Source of the DNA: Amoebophrya sp. A120
Lineage: Eukaryota > Protista > Dinoflagellata
Assembly (NCBI GenBank): GCA_905178155.1
Contig: CAJINV010000004.1
Span: 3,063,014 to 3,127,013, forward strand
Direction: 5' to 3'
Length of the DNA stretch: 64,000 bases
Below are positions 10,208-22,600 of the stretch, piece by piece (position 1 is the first letter of the stretch; each line of letters begins with the position of its first letter). The translations under genes and the position numbers were made by a program. The notes below the pieces were generated by a model. It was not told where the DNA came from. It was given only the letters and a program-made list of their open reading frames with translations, and searched no databases.

Positions 10208-13200
10208 CTATCGCGTTGTAAAAAGTAAGCCTGCGTCTCTGCCTTGCCCCCTCGCCGTGCGCGGAGCGTCGACGTCAGCGCTATTCACCAGCAGTCGCGC
10301 GGTGTGCAGCGGTCCTTTCGCGTCCGTTGCCTGACCTTGCATCAGTCCGCCCAAACGTAACTTTGGGACCAAGCCGGGCTGCTTTTTGGTTGCCGCACCG
10401 GCCGAAAACGCTGTCGTGGAGGAGGAAACAGCAACTGGTGGCGGAATAGAACGCGGAGTAGTACCGCGAGTAGCAAGCATACCCTGGTGATCCGCGGACG
10501 ACATCACGTCGACAGGGGCGGCGGTCGCGGTCTCATTCGTTTTCATCTTCATCGGCGTGTTGGCTTTCGCACCGTTTCTCGTCCTGGTGTTTGGGTCCTG
10601 GTTCATCTGATGCAGCAAGCCGAACAAGTTCAGCTCATCGCTGATATTTTGCACGGTCCACGACGAGCCATCGGCTGTTGTCGTTGTTCCTACTGCACCA
10701 GGACGTTGGACACCAGTTCGCTGCAGCTCAAGTTCGGGTGGAGCAGTGTTTTGTTCTTGATGCGACACCATCAAAATGTCCACGCTGGAACAAGTCGCGC
10801 GTCCTTTTTGCGGTGGGGTGAAGCAGGTCGTAGTGGTGGAGGAGGAAGTTTGAATGTAAGCGTCTCCCTGCCGAACAGAAGCATTGAGAAACCGCGAAAA
10901 CGCGGGTGGGTTGGGATGAACCAGCGGGCCCGGCATGGCAAGCGACGGCGGGAGCAGCGTCTGTATCTTCGATGGGGAACAAGTTGCGGGAGGGCGGGTC
11001 CTCGAGGTCCTGTGAAAGGTGTATTGTTATTTGTCATTCTGATTACAGCCTCCATCGGAGAGAGACGATGACATGAGCCTCCTGACTGATTTAGATTTGA
11101 AGCAACGAGGAAGATAGAAACTTTGTTTTGTTGGCGTGTTGAAACCTAACCCAAAGCTAAAGAGGAAAAATGATACCACAGAGCAGGACCCGGGAAACAA
11201 GGCTGCTGCTGCAGCTTCAACGAAGATGTCTCGACGGCTGTTGCTGTGTGGAAAGGACCCACCTCCGCTGGCGCTGCATGAGCATGCCTTTGTTCTTCCC
11301 CACACCTGCTCTGCTCCTGCTCCTTCCGCACGTAAACATCACTACAAGACTGCTCTCCAGCATAATCCCGCCGCGTCTCCTGCTGGCGCTGGGGCGAAGA
11401 CGATGAAGGGGAGTCGGTATAAGAGTCAGCAAAGGCCGGTCTTGCTTCACGACTTTCCGTCGTCAAGAGTGAACTCTCGCCCACTTGTTTCTCCTCGTCC
11501 CCCGCGTGTTGTTCCACCTGATACACAGATCTCTTTTTCACGACGCGCCGCGGTGTGAGGTTCAATTCCGGAGACTTCTGATGTCCATTTGCGTTCGTTC
11601 TGGGAGACGATGACGAGTTCCCCGGCGATATTATCGATCCTGGTGGTCCCTGGTGGCTCGATTTCAGTACCAGCACAGTGGGTGATGTTGACATCGGTTT
11701 TTTGTTCCTGATATTTGTTCGCCTGCTTTGTCCCATCTGCGTCTCATGTTTCTTTCGGTTCCGCGGTGACGGTGAGGCTTCGGTTTGGACGGAGACCGAC
11801 GCCGACTCGTCGGTCGCCGAGGAGAGATTGAGGGATCTCCGCAAGTTCCGCTTCGCCTTTTGGATCGTGTCCTGCGCTTGCCGCCGGGCGGCCTCGATGC
11901 GCGCACGGGCTGCGGGCAGCGAGCCTCGCAGTTCGATGATTTCAGGCGGTTCGTCACTGGCGGCAGATCCTCCACGACTTGGCGCGGCGATGGAGACCAG
12001 CGTTGTGGTGACAGGTTCCACTTCTGTTCGTCCAGGTGGAGCGTCGTGGGGCTGTACTTTTCGTGGTGCTTGCGGGAAGGTGTTGTGCTGTGGGCTTCTA
12101 CTTCGGTACACGTCCACGCCAAAGGCATACTCTTGCGGCCCGTTATCAGCTTCGGCAGGCGGAAAGGCTTTTTGCGACGGGAGTGTGTGGTTGATGCGTT
12201 GTTCTTGTAAAGACATCGCATTCACAAACTGGGGCCTGTAATTCATCTGCGCTCCTGTACTTGAAGCCGTGTTCTGGAACGTCGCCTGGAGGTCAGAGTC
12301 CAGTTGCCGCAGGCTGTTGTGGACTTCTATTGCTGTGTCACCTTCATCATCATCTTCACGACCTCCTGCTGCGTAGGACGACGGCAAGAATGTTGGAGCT
12401 GCAAGAACTGAGCCTTGCGCTCCTTTCAGCAGCCCTTGTTGCAGGAGGCGCGGTGAGGAGAAACCGCTTCTTGCCGCACTACTTGCATCCATTGTGAACG
12501 CCGGCTGATGTTGCTGGCCCGCAATGTGCAGCCGTGCGGAAAGCGGGGGCAGTTGTCGGGGCGTGCTGAGGCCAGAAAAACAACTCGCCCCACTGCCATA
12601 ACCAATTACTCCGGTCGGCGGCTGCAAACCCTGGTAATCGCTTACGGACGGAGCGACGAGGAGTCCTCGCCGCCGTGGGGTTGGGGTTGCTGCAGCTGAA
12701 GCTGCACCCGAAACACAACTCGTCGCACCACTTCTACTTCTACTAGTAGTGCTCGAAGCGGGGAGCTGCAGGGCGTTGCGCGCGTATTCGAAATCAGCAT
12801 TGTTCGCGGCCTCCTCAAATTCGGCCAACAGTTTTGCCTTTTCCTGCAGGAGGCTCGTGTCCAAGTCCAGGCACTGCCGCTCCACGTCGCGATCGAGTTC
12901 CGCGAAAAATTGCATTTTTTTCCGCACGTGCTCCCCCTTGAGAAAGGCCTTTTTCTCCGCTGCTTGCTGCGTCACGCTGTCCATCATAACCTGGGTGCGC
13001 TGGTCAATTTCGAGAAACTTCTGCATCACCGCGGACTGCACGGCCATGGATAAGGGCTTCTCCGATAGTACCAAGGTCGACGCCGGGGGCATGATCGTGG
13101 TTGTTGATGAAAGAGCTGCGCCTTGTTTATTTTGCAGCTGATGTAGTAGTCCTGCTTCTAGTTCCACCTGTTGCGAAGAAGATGAACACGAAGAAGTCCT

Positions 13201-14493
13201 CGCTGGACCATAAGAATAATTATTGCCGTCCTCCGGTCCGTGTCCTCGTGGCGTTTGGTAGGAGTGGTTGCTACTTTGAAGAATTTTTATTCGGGGCTCG
13301 GTTGTTCTACTCCGCGCCTGAAACGCGGAGGCTGTGGATACCGCCACAGCCGGTAGCACCATTCCTGTCAAGTCGACGCGCGGTAGGATTTGACTAGGAA
13401 TCAATGCACAAGCGCTTGTACGAGTTGCAGGTTGTTCATGTTCCTTTGGTCTCGCGCTCGCGCCGCCTTTAGAAGAAGAACTTATAATTGGGGCAGAAGT
13501 TGTTGAGCCTCCTGGTGGAACACTAGTATCAAGACGAGCAGTTGCAGTACTAGCTGTAGCTCTGCTACCAGTCAGCTTAGCATCGGCGGTGAAAAAGCCC
13601 ATGGGGTGCCCGTTCAGATCCCGCACTGCCTCTTATGAACTGCAAAAGTATCGTACTCGTATGAATGCATTACAAATTTACTCAGCATGAAAAATAAAAT
13701 TTGTAATGCTGATTTGCCTTCAGAAAAAAATTTGTGATGCAAGACTTGTATTATACGAATACGATACTTTTGCACTTGATACCTCTTGGTGGTTCGCGAT
13801 GTAGCCCCGGATCGCCTGACTCGTGGGGCTAGCTTGGTGATGCAAAGAATGTTTTTCGCCCCCTTGGGTTCGTGTTGAGTGAGACGTTTGAGAGGATGCT
13901 GAGCCTTGTCCTCCTGCGCCGTAGAACATGTAGTTGTACTTTGGCTGGCTTTGGGTTTGGAGCATGGTAAAAAACGGCGGATGAAGATCACCACTGCTTG
14001 TCCCGCCCCGACCTGCCTCCTGCTCGGACAACCTTCGAGGTTGTTCTTCATCAGCATCCCCTTCCGAAACCTTGTCCAGAGGAGCAGATAGCACCTCCTC
14101 GCCGTCCCCTAGCTTGGCCTTAATGCTCTCCAGTAACTCATCGAGGTCCGTGCCCAGCCGCTCGCGCGCATTTTCCGTAGAAATCGTTCGCCGGAAGAGG
14201 GTTTTGGGGGAAGGCGAGGGGGACGCTGAGCGCTTGCTCCGCCTATTGGCTCCGAGGAAAAGAGCACACGGCGATGAAAATAAAAAGGATGCGTCGGCTG
14301 GAAGACAAGCAGTGGGGGATGATGTAGTTGATGAGCCAGCTGCAATTATAGCAGGATCTTCGTGTTCGTGCGCCCCAGCTTGCTCTTGTTTCAACTTCTT
14401 CAGCTCGTCGTTCATACGCGCCAGGATCGAAGCTTGACTCGCACCCGACACCGCGGCACTCAAGATGGAGTGCCCGTGGTCCTGGGTGTTCAT
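10208..14493 (-). CDS. Large low-complexity (Ser/Gln/Ala/Thr-rich) protein with a coiled-coil segment, multi-exon
   Basis: ORFs 13720-14493 and 11146-13626 join in frame (IANHQE|AVRDLNG) across element 13634-13781. Joining to ORF 10208-10936 is probable, but that junction was not resolved. Confidence 0.65.
13634..13781. mobile_element. Introner-like TIR element family D (yields a GT-AG intron)
   Basis: TIR core tgcaaaagtatcgta / tacgatacttttgca; perfect TSD cctct. Confidence 0.92.
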
Positions 14494-15453
14494 GATGATC
14501 TTTATTTTACTTTATTCCCGGTGCTAATATGGTATTGTAAATGTAATTGCAGAACCCATACGCATACTGGAAACGTTCTACCTCGTTTTTTATCTCTTCT
14601 GTTGTGATGTTTTAGGACAACATTCGGACCACCAGGAACTCCAACGCCGACACAATTCCCTTCGAAAATTTTGGCACAGAAGTCAGACGTGCCGCAACTC
14701 AGAACTGAACTCAACTCTACTACGAAGATCGATGCATGTTGACGAAGACGATGCTGAAAATATTATAATCACGCCACATTTTCATGTATTGCAGCGACGA
14801 TGTTGACGATGAGATGACGATGTCGAACTTCAACTTGTTCATTTATATATGTTTGCAACACTGATGCAGGAGACGATTTTCGCATCAACGAGAGCGAAAT
14901 TCTCTAACGACGATGAAAACCCAATGATATTTCAACCCTTAAACATGATCATGCTCATGATGGCTAAGATCCCTGAGAAGAAGGTATAAATGCGACCACG
15001 GAGAGCGAATGCGAAGACGGGTCACGAGTCACGACGTCGGATTGAAATTGATCGAAGCCATAGTTTTTACCAACATCGTGCTCTTCGTCTTGTTCCGTCT
15101 GTAAAAATAGTCTGAACGCGACGGCAGTAAAAGCCTACTGCTCGCGACGTCGTGATTTGCCTTTCTTGAGGCGTCGACGTCGTCGACCTTGTTTTACGAT
15201 TTAGTACTTCTCTTAGAGCGCGACAATTCTGTCAGGATTGTTTATGATGATCGCATATCCACCATATCATAGCTCGGTCGGAGTTTGCACAGCTTTGTCT
15301 CTGCTCAGTTTCGGCAGCTTTCTCTGTCTCTACTCCACCTTCGAGAATTGCAACACTCGCATCCTCTCCTCTTCACGAAACAAATCTATTTGTCTTGCGC
15401 TGATCCTGATGGATGTTTGTGTGCACAGTACGCCGAGTGGTTTTCTGGTCGTC

Positions 15454-16293
15454 TCAGTGCAGCCGGTTTTTCAACAGCATCGTTTCCCAGGCGTTTAACT
15501 CTTCGACCTGTAAGCGTCCGAAGGCGCAGGCACTATTAAAGTAGCGGCTGTACCAGAGTTGCAAGGCGTCGGGTGCTTCCGCTTCCGCTTCCGCTTCCTC
15601 GGTGTCGGCAATATTTTCACCCACTAGAGAAGTCCACCTCCAGCTCGTGGCGCTGGGGTCGGCTGTGCGGCTCCATCTTCCAAAGGAGGTCAGCATCAAG
15701 TTAGTCTCATGTAGATGATCACTCCGCTTCATTTCTTCTACCAAAAATGCCGTATGGTTGCCGTCCACCACTGCTGACGAAGACCACTGCGCGTTGGCTT
15801 TCGCGCGTGGGTGTGGCGGCTGGTCGACGTTTTCTTGCATCTGGTCTAGCAAGAGCACCTGCACCGTTGGCGTTTTACTTTTACTTGTGGGAAGAAAGAG
15901 TAAGAGAGTGCAGCTCGAGCTCATGGTCCGGATGTTGTTCATATTGACCAAGACGTGCGCATGTGGAACAAGAGCGAGGAGAAGCTGAAGCGCACCTGTA
16001 AGAACCGCCTGGTTCCTACTGTTGTTGGAATCATGACCATCAAGATCGAAACGGTCCGCTTCCACCTCCACCTCCGGCAAAAACGTCTCGCCGCTCTTGA
16101 TTCGGGCACAAGCTGCGGCTGGCAAAGAAGTTCTAATAAACATCGTCGGTAGCTGCCGATCGTGTTCTTGTGCTCCACCGCGAGGAGCTGCTGGCAACCA
16201 ACAAGACGACCTGCTCGGCAGCACAACCGCCAGCACGACAAATTCGCGCTGTTTGTCCATTCTGTTCGCAGGAAGGAGTCGGCCTCCGCCCAA
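15454..16293 (-). CDS. Possible coding region, in frame with the upstream ORF beyond a single TAA
   Basis: 279-codon ORF with a non-ATG start and globular-looking composition; no family recognised. Confidence 0.4.
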   Translation of the reverse strand: MGGGRLLPANRMDKQREFVVLAVVLPSRSSCWLPAAPRGGAQEHDRQLPTMFIRTSLPAAACARIKSGETFLPEVEVEADRFDLDGHDSNNSRNQAVLTGALQLLLALVPHAHVLVNMNNIRTMSSSCTLLLFLPTSKSKTPTVQVLLLDQMQENVDQPPHPRAKANAQWSSSAVVDGNHTAFLVEEMKRSDHLHETNLMLTSFGRWSRTADPSATSWRWTSLVGENIADTEEAEAEAEAPDALQLWYSRYFNSACAFGRLQVEELNAWETMLLKNRLH

Positions 16294-16308
16294 GGTGCTC
16301 GTCGTGCT

Positions 16309-18180
16309 TTAGAAGAGGTCCTCGAGGTCCAACTCGAGGTCGTCGGGATTGCCGAGAGGCGTGCTGAGAATCTGCACATGATCCTCGTCCAGTTTGATCT
16401 TCACCACCGGCTGATGACTCGTCGTCGTGAACTGCGGTTGATGACGCAGCACTTGTTGTTGGGAAGAACAAGTACTACTAGAGCTGGTTGTACTACGCTC
16501 CTGTTGATGGTCGTTCGTTGTACTATCACCCGAAGTACAACGACCGCAAGTGTGAAGATCATTATTCGACGTGCTTCTTCTATTGTGCTGATTGACGTCG
16601 TGCATCTGTTGCACCATGCTATCACTGTGATCAGTTTCACCTTTCTTGCAGCTCACACTGGTTGGGTTCTTGTGGTTTTCACAGGTAGACGAAGTCGTGG
16701 AACAATCCGCGTTTCTGTTGTTCATCCCCGTCGCCGTGTCAGCACTACCAGCACAGCACGAAGAACTGGAACAGGTCGACGAGGCAGCCGCTGCTGTCCC
16801 CAAAGGAGCCGAGGACGGTGGAAAACTGTAAACCACCGACGGTGGATTCTTGTTCTTCGTCTTCCCGCAGTTGTGACCACCGCCCCCACCGGCTATCAAA
16901 GCTGTCCGGGGGCTGGTGTAGCAGGAGCTGGCCGGGGTGGTCGTGGAGATGGAATCCAAGAAATCGGACTCGGAATCCATAAAATCGGACTCGAAGGGAA
17001 GCAGCTGCTGCTCGAAGTTGTTATTTCTATTACTGTCGCTTGTAGTTGTTGCACTTAGACTTGTTTTGGTGGTCCCAGCAGAGGCGGCTGGTGCACCTCC
17101 GGGGAGTTCTTGGTGGTCGTTTTGCAAACGCGACGATGTACTAGTCGCCTTTTCGTCCTTCTCGCCGGTGAGATCGACGATAAACGAGTTGCTCATGGTG
17201 CTCTGCTTTGCAGAAATAGAAGAGGTTGAGTCAATTGCGTTGCTCCCCATCGGCTTGGGCATGTTATGAAAGAACGGATCGTCTTCGTCCTCTTCCGCCC
17301 AAACGTTGAAGTACCGGCGCTTTTCCTCCGCCTCTGACACCCATTTGACCTCGACCACGTCGTCCGCAGTCTCGCCGTTCTCCCCCGCCAGCGGGTAATT
17401 CTTCTTGGGAATCGGGGCAGTGGTTGACCTTGACGTTGTGGAAGATATATTTTTGTTTTTATCGTTGCTCGAGGTTGGGCTTGTTGCGCTCTTGTTGCTG
17501 TCCTCGAGATCATGGTCCTCCTCATCACCAATCGCCGACGCGGTGAAGAGCCCGACACTGCGCAACTGCTTCTCGACGAAGAACGTGCGTTCTTCATCAT
17601 GATCCCTGGTCGTTCTTTCGATGCAGCTCTTCGTATGACTGCTTGTCATTTCCTTCTCGTCGTGGGTGAAGTTTTCGTCGTCAAGAATGCGATTGGTACT
17701 GCTGCTGCTGCTGCTGCTCTCATTGTGGAAGGTCGTGCTCGGCGCAACTACGTTCATTTTCGAACTCGGCACGACTTCCACGCGGGCCGTATCGCTGTCA
17801 AAGTCATCCACGAGCAGATACTCGTCCTCCAAATCGAAGTCCTCCAAGGACGCGATATTACTGTCCGGCAGCTGGTGCACCAGCTGCTTTGTTTTTATTG
17901 CGGACTCCTGCAATTCATCCTGTAGTTTTGCTCCTTCGTTTGCCGCGGAATCGGATAATGGTTCATCAGCAGCCGAAGGAGCGGGAACAACTTTCTGTTT
18001 TTTCGTGCCGTTATTTTTGCGTCTATTTGATGTTCGACCAGCAGCGCGGTCAGCACGCTCCCCCCGTTTGTGGTAATTGTAATACGCCGCCACGAGGAAA
18101 GCGGTTGTGGTACCGGCGACCGCCAGGCCCCAGGTCCGGTGATGCGTGTCCGCGATTCGGTAAGAACTCAGCAAGGACAT
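16309..18180 (-). CDS. Hypothetical acidic/Ser-Thr-rich protein with N-terminal membrane anchor
   Basis: Long ORF; MSLLSSY...WGLAVAGTTTAFLVAAYYNY followed by basic, then acidic, low-complexity sequence. Confidence 0.7.
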   Translation of the reverse strand: MSLLSSYRIADTHHRTWGLAVAGTTTAFLVAAYYNYHKRGERADRAAGRTSNRRKNNGTKKQKVVPAPSAADEPLSDSAANEGAKLQDELQESAIKTKQLVHQLPDSNIASLEDFDLEDEYLLVDDFDSDTARVEVVPSSKMNVVAPSTTFHNESSSSSSSTNRILDDENFTHDEKEMTSSHTKSCIERTTRDHDEERTFFVEKQLRSVGLFTASAIGDEEDHDLEDSNKSATSPTSSNDKNKNISSTTSRSTTAPIPKKNYPLAGENGETADDVVEVKWVSEAEEKRRYFNVWAEEDEDDPFFHNMPKPMGSNAIDSTSSISAKQSTMSNSFIVDLTGEKDEKATSTSSRLQNDHQELPGGAPAASAGTTKTSLSATTTSDSNRNNNFEQQLLPFESDFMDSESDFLDSISTTTPASSCYTSPRTALIAGGGGGHNCGKTKNKNPPSVVYSFPPSSAPLGTAAAASSTCSSSSCCAGSADTATGMNNRNADCSTTSSTCENHKNPTSVSCKKGETDHSDSMVQQMHDVNQHNRRSTSNNDLHTCGRCTSGDSTTNDHQQERSTTSSSSTCSSQQQVLRHQPQFTTTSHQPVVKIKLDEDHVQILSTPLGNPDDLELDLEDLF

Positions 18181-19683
18181 GATGAAGATGGTGCGGCTGC
18201 GAGAGTCTTTTGATGCGATGGTGTTCTTGGTGAAACGGAGACGTTGTAAAACTCTTTTGTGTCGAGCCGACACGAAAAAACAACTATGATCGACGAGAAA
18301 AAGATCAGGCGATGCAGTTGTGAAAACAATTCAAATCCGTATGTATATGCAGTCCAAACGTACAAATCTGTATTTTGTTACTCGGAGGCCTACAGCTACA
18401 GGATGCGTCCTACTAATTTACAGAGCAGTGCTCGCTACCCAACTCAATAGACAAGCAATATGGATTCCTAAGGTCGCTGTGGGATGTAGAATTTGGATTC
18501 GGTGTTTCAATTTTTATTTTTGACGAGACAGAGATTGACTTACTTGTCTCGCAGAGTATTTGTATGTGGTATTTGTAAATTTGTATCTTTTTTTCTGACA
18601 TCATGTTTCTTTTGGTTGGTTTTTCCTGCACCTCAAGGAAATCTTCCGCAAGAGATGCGCGAATGCAATGGGGCTGTCAAGAATGGTGATCTGGTGGGGG
18701 ATGGAAAATTTGGATTGTATTTCGAGGTGGAAACACGAGCTTGTTGAAGGTGGCGTAGAATCGTTCCCCAGTTAAGTAGCTCTCCAAGAGGCAACAATCT
18801 CTTCTGTTAGCTATTACGAATTGCAGTTAAAAATCCGTATCCGTATGTGCATCTGGTCATTAATATTTTTTTTAGTTTGATGTACTTCTTCCCGCTGCTC
18901 TACCTCGTCTCTTGAGGACAACGCTCTTCGTGTAAGAACCTCGTCCTGCGCCGTGACCACTACGTTTATTTATTTTTCTCTCTTATTTGTCATTGAACGC
19001 AAGCGGCTACACGTACAACCGCTATTGCGCCGCACCCACTTTTTTATTTTTTGGGCTGTGCGGTTGATCGAGATAATGTTAATGCTTGATTTTTTCCTTG
19101 ATCTCGTCGTGGATCGTTTCATCTCTGTTGCGAGAAGCAAATGTCGAGTCCTCGTTCAATTCGTTCAATCGTATGTTTCTGTGAGCTGCAAGTGCTAGCC
19201 GAGGTAGACATACTCTTTATACCGGCATAAAGATATCTGAGCACGCATTTCGCTTAATTTTCTTATCCACACCTTTTTTCCTCACGTCGAGGACGTAGAC
19301 TCATTAATTTTGTACTTGGTTCAAGATTTTTTTGTTCACACGAATGAAAAAAGGTGACCTAGGTGAAAAAGAAGATTTTTCCAGAAGCGATCTTTGCAGA
19401 ATTAGTGTAAATCAGTTTGTGAAGTAATTTTTCCTTTCCTTGATGTGTAAGTGAAGATCTTGTTGCGCAGCGCTAATTTAGTTTGCGTGTTTTGTGCGAT
19501 AGAAATGGAGTTTGTTATATCATGATCTCACACTCGCTCTTCGCGAACGTCTTTGCCGGTGAACAAAGTGAAGAAGAACAATGGTGAAAATATAGGAAAG
19601 CAGCAGTAAATAGTGCAGCAAAGTTAAAGTCGCTGGAGCTGCAAAGAAAGCCAAGTTGAGCAAGCTCCTGCACGGATTACTTT

Positions 19684-22600
19684 CTAATTATATTTGTCAC
19701 TTCCCCCGACTCAGTATTTTTGGTTGAAAGCCTGCAGCGCTATTTTGCTGCAGGGTGGTCGGTGCCAGACTCCGGTACGGCTTGATTGATGACGGGGCCG
19801 CACTACCACCCGCAGCATATCGCAAGAAAAAACTGCTTCAATGTGAACTTGTGATGCAGTAGAGAACGAAGCACCAAAGTGTTTGTCTTGCTACACCTGC
19901 AAGACATTGGATTTCCTGGTGTGTCTTCCCTTGGGAAGCGCGCATAGCAAATTTTCCGTGTTTTGTGTAACAAACTTGTGATGCAGATCTTGCACTATCA
20001 CCACAGTGAAACAGTTTTTTCGTGGGATACACCAGGACGTTGCTGCAGTACCGCAGAGGAGGTCGAGGCCAGGGAATTTTGCGATCCGCGAGCTGTGTGC
20101 ACCTTCGGACCGACCGCGACGAAGTCACCTTTTTTCATCTTCGATGTGGCGCTCCGCGTTGTGCCTGGTAGATGTTGCTTTTGCAGATGCAGCCTTCACC
20201 CTCTTCACGAGTATTCGGATTCGAAGGATATATGCAAAGCCAATGGTAGCTGTACTTAAAAACTGAGTCTGCATAGAAAGCTACGGGCATAAAAAAACAG
20301 CAACAGTTTCTTTCTATACTTCTCCCTGTCCCCCCGGCAGGAACGGCCCCGGAGGACAGTAGCAACTCAGAGTCTTCGTCCGGGGCTTTCCAGCTGTCCA
20401 CCTTCGCAGCCGCCCGCCAGTGCACCGGCTTGGTGTTGACGGGAACCGCCTCGGAGGATCGTTTCAGGAACGGTTTTATCAAATGTAGAAGTGTCTGGGT
20501 CTGGAAGAATGCAACTTGTGATGCTGCGTTTCGATGACTCAAAAATTTGTGTTGCATGAGCAGGAAACAGAGTCTAAATTTTGCTATGCGGAGAGAGCAT
20601 TTGTCATGCGGAATGGGCATCAAGAATCCATCAAAAAACCTGTGATGCTAGGGCATGCATTACAGGCGTCATGGGTCATGAGAAATATGCATGACAAATC
20701 TTGCATTCTTCCAGACCACCCAGACACTTTTACATTTGATAGGTTTCTTTTCCCTGCGCTTATTCAGGGCGTCCTCGTTGTGCTGGGCACTCAGGCTGGA
20801 TCTCGTCCGGCTCATGGTCGTGCTGTTTGCGTAGCTGCTATGCAATACAAGTTTCCCGTACATGTACAGGATGCATCACAAATTAATAACTCCACCAATT
20901 TGGAGGGTAAGACTTGTCATGCTAAACTAGGATCGAAGCCAATTTTTGTCATGTAGAGACCACATTTGGACTTAAGTACGTGTACGGGAATTTTACTGTG
21001 GATAGCTGTAGTACGGATTTTTCTTGTTTCCCGTCCCCTTCGTGCCCTGCTTGAACCGGCCCGGAAACGCCCACCAGCCGGGGAACTTGTCAATTTTCGC
21101 GGTTTTTTTCGGCTTCCGGAACGTGCGGAACTTGGCGTTGTGCAGCGCTTTGGAAATGTCGCCGCACTGGCTGTGGAGCGTGGCATACAAGTGGTCGAGA
21201 AAACCCGGGTCCTCTGAAGCTGTGCCTTGCTCCATGTCCAAGATCATGTCGTAGACGTCGTGCGTTTGCTGGATCTGCGGCCACAGCCTTGCCAGCGCGT
21301 GGCGGGTGACGAAGCCGCGAATGAAGCCGGCAAAGAGCTGCATGTGTTCCGGCTTCAGGAGCCCGCGCAACTCGTTGTCCGTGCGGTAAATGTTTTCCTG
21401 GACGCTCAGGTTCGCCTGCCAGTTTTCCTGGTCGTACTGATTATTTTGGTTCGACTGGTTGTTGTAGAATTGCCCTTGACCTCCACCTGCCCCCCGCGTT
21501 GACAGGATCGGTGGTGGCATCGCGCCTGGCGCAGGGCGAACATTGTTCCCCCCGCCCGGGGGCGCACTTGCGTAGTACGGCGACGGGGCGAGCGCTGCTT
21601 CCTCCAGTGAAAGCGCGGAGTCGTTGGGGCGGTAGACGTTTTGCTGCGGGAAATTTGGCGGCTGGTGTTGCAGCTCCCCGGAAGACCCCCCAGTCTGGTG
21701 CGAAGCGACGCCTGAGGTTTTTTTTTTCAGAATAACTATTTTTTTTCCTACCAAAACAAATTCAGGCGATCGCTCTAGCGAAGCTGGTGCAGAATTCACA
21801 AGCGACGAGAGGGTGAAAAAGATAAAGTTGTGTCTGGGCTGCACGACCCAGTGTAGTGAACATGACGAGCATGACAGAGACAGCACGAAGAAGATAAGCA
21901 GTCAGGATTTTTGTTGCGTCTTGATCTTCATCGATAAGAAAGTCGAGATCATCATCTTCTGTACGGAAGACAGCTGCGTGCTGGATCGAGCGCGGCGTGT
22001 AGGTATTGGCTGATGGAGGTCCACCTCCGGGTGCCGGATACACGTTACTACTAGTACTTCCACGTGGCGGCGGCCCGTAGTGCTCACAGAAAGAACTTTG
22101 GTCACCAGCCAGCATGCCGGATGTGTTTGCACTCCCACCTCCTGGTCCGCCGAACGGTTGCTCTGGCACCAGAACCAACGACGATCCGACCACCGGGCCA
22201 GTTGTACCACCACGCGTTTGCCGCTGCTGCTGCTCGCTGAAGCTGGTCTCCATAACTGAGCGAGGGGTGTTGATAGACCGATCCAGAAAGCTTTCGCCGC
22301 TCACCCGCCCTTGCGGCATAGAAGTAGTATTTGCGCCACCGCTTCCAAACGCGAGCCCGGGAATATGACCTCCAGTTGTCCCGCCAGCTCCTGCTGTATT
22401 TGCCGCACTATTCGACGACGAAGCTGCACCAGCACCGGCAGCCCCGAACAGCCTGGAGGCAGCCGCACCCGCCGCAGAAGTTCCACCAGAATGAGGGTGA
22501 AGATTGTCCTGTTCACCGAGTGGCTTTGATCCGCGCCTGGACTCCGCAGGCGTGGTCGTCTGCGAGTTGGTCTCGGCCAGTTTGCTCTTGGTCTCCTGCA

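Noticed and set aside
20473-20742. Plus-strand GT...AG across the element
   Set aside because: The host gene is on the minus strand; this is a coincidence of the ggttt TSD.
20534-20956. Recurrent short ORFs with HDK/FVM/QTQTFL/VWVWK peptides (also about 22766, 46990, 50786) suggesting a protein family or transposase
   Set aside because: They are translations of the elements' TIRs and TTGTNATGC motifs; the elements are too short to encode a transposase and show no DDE motif.
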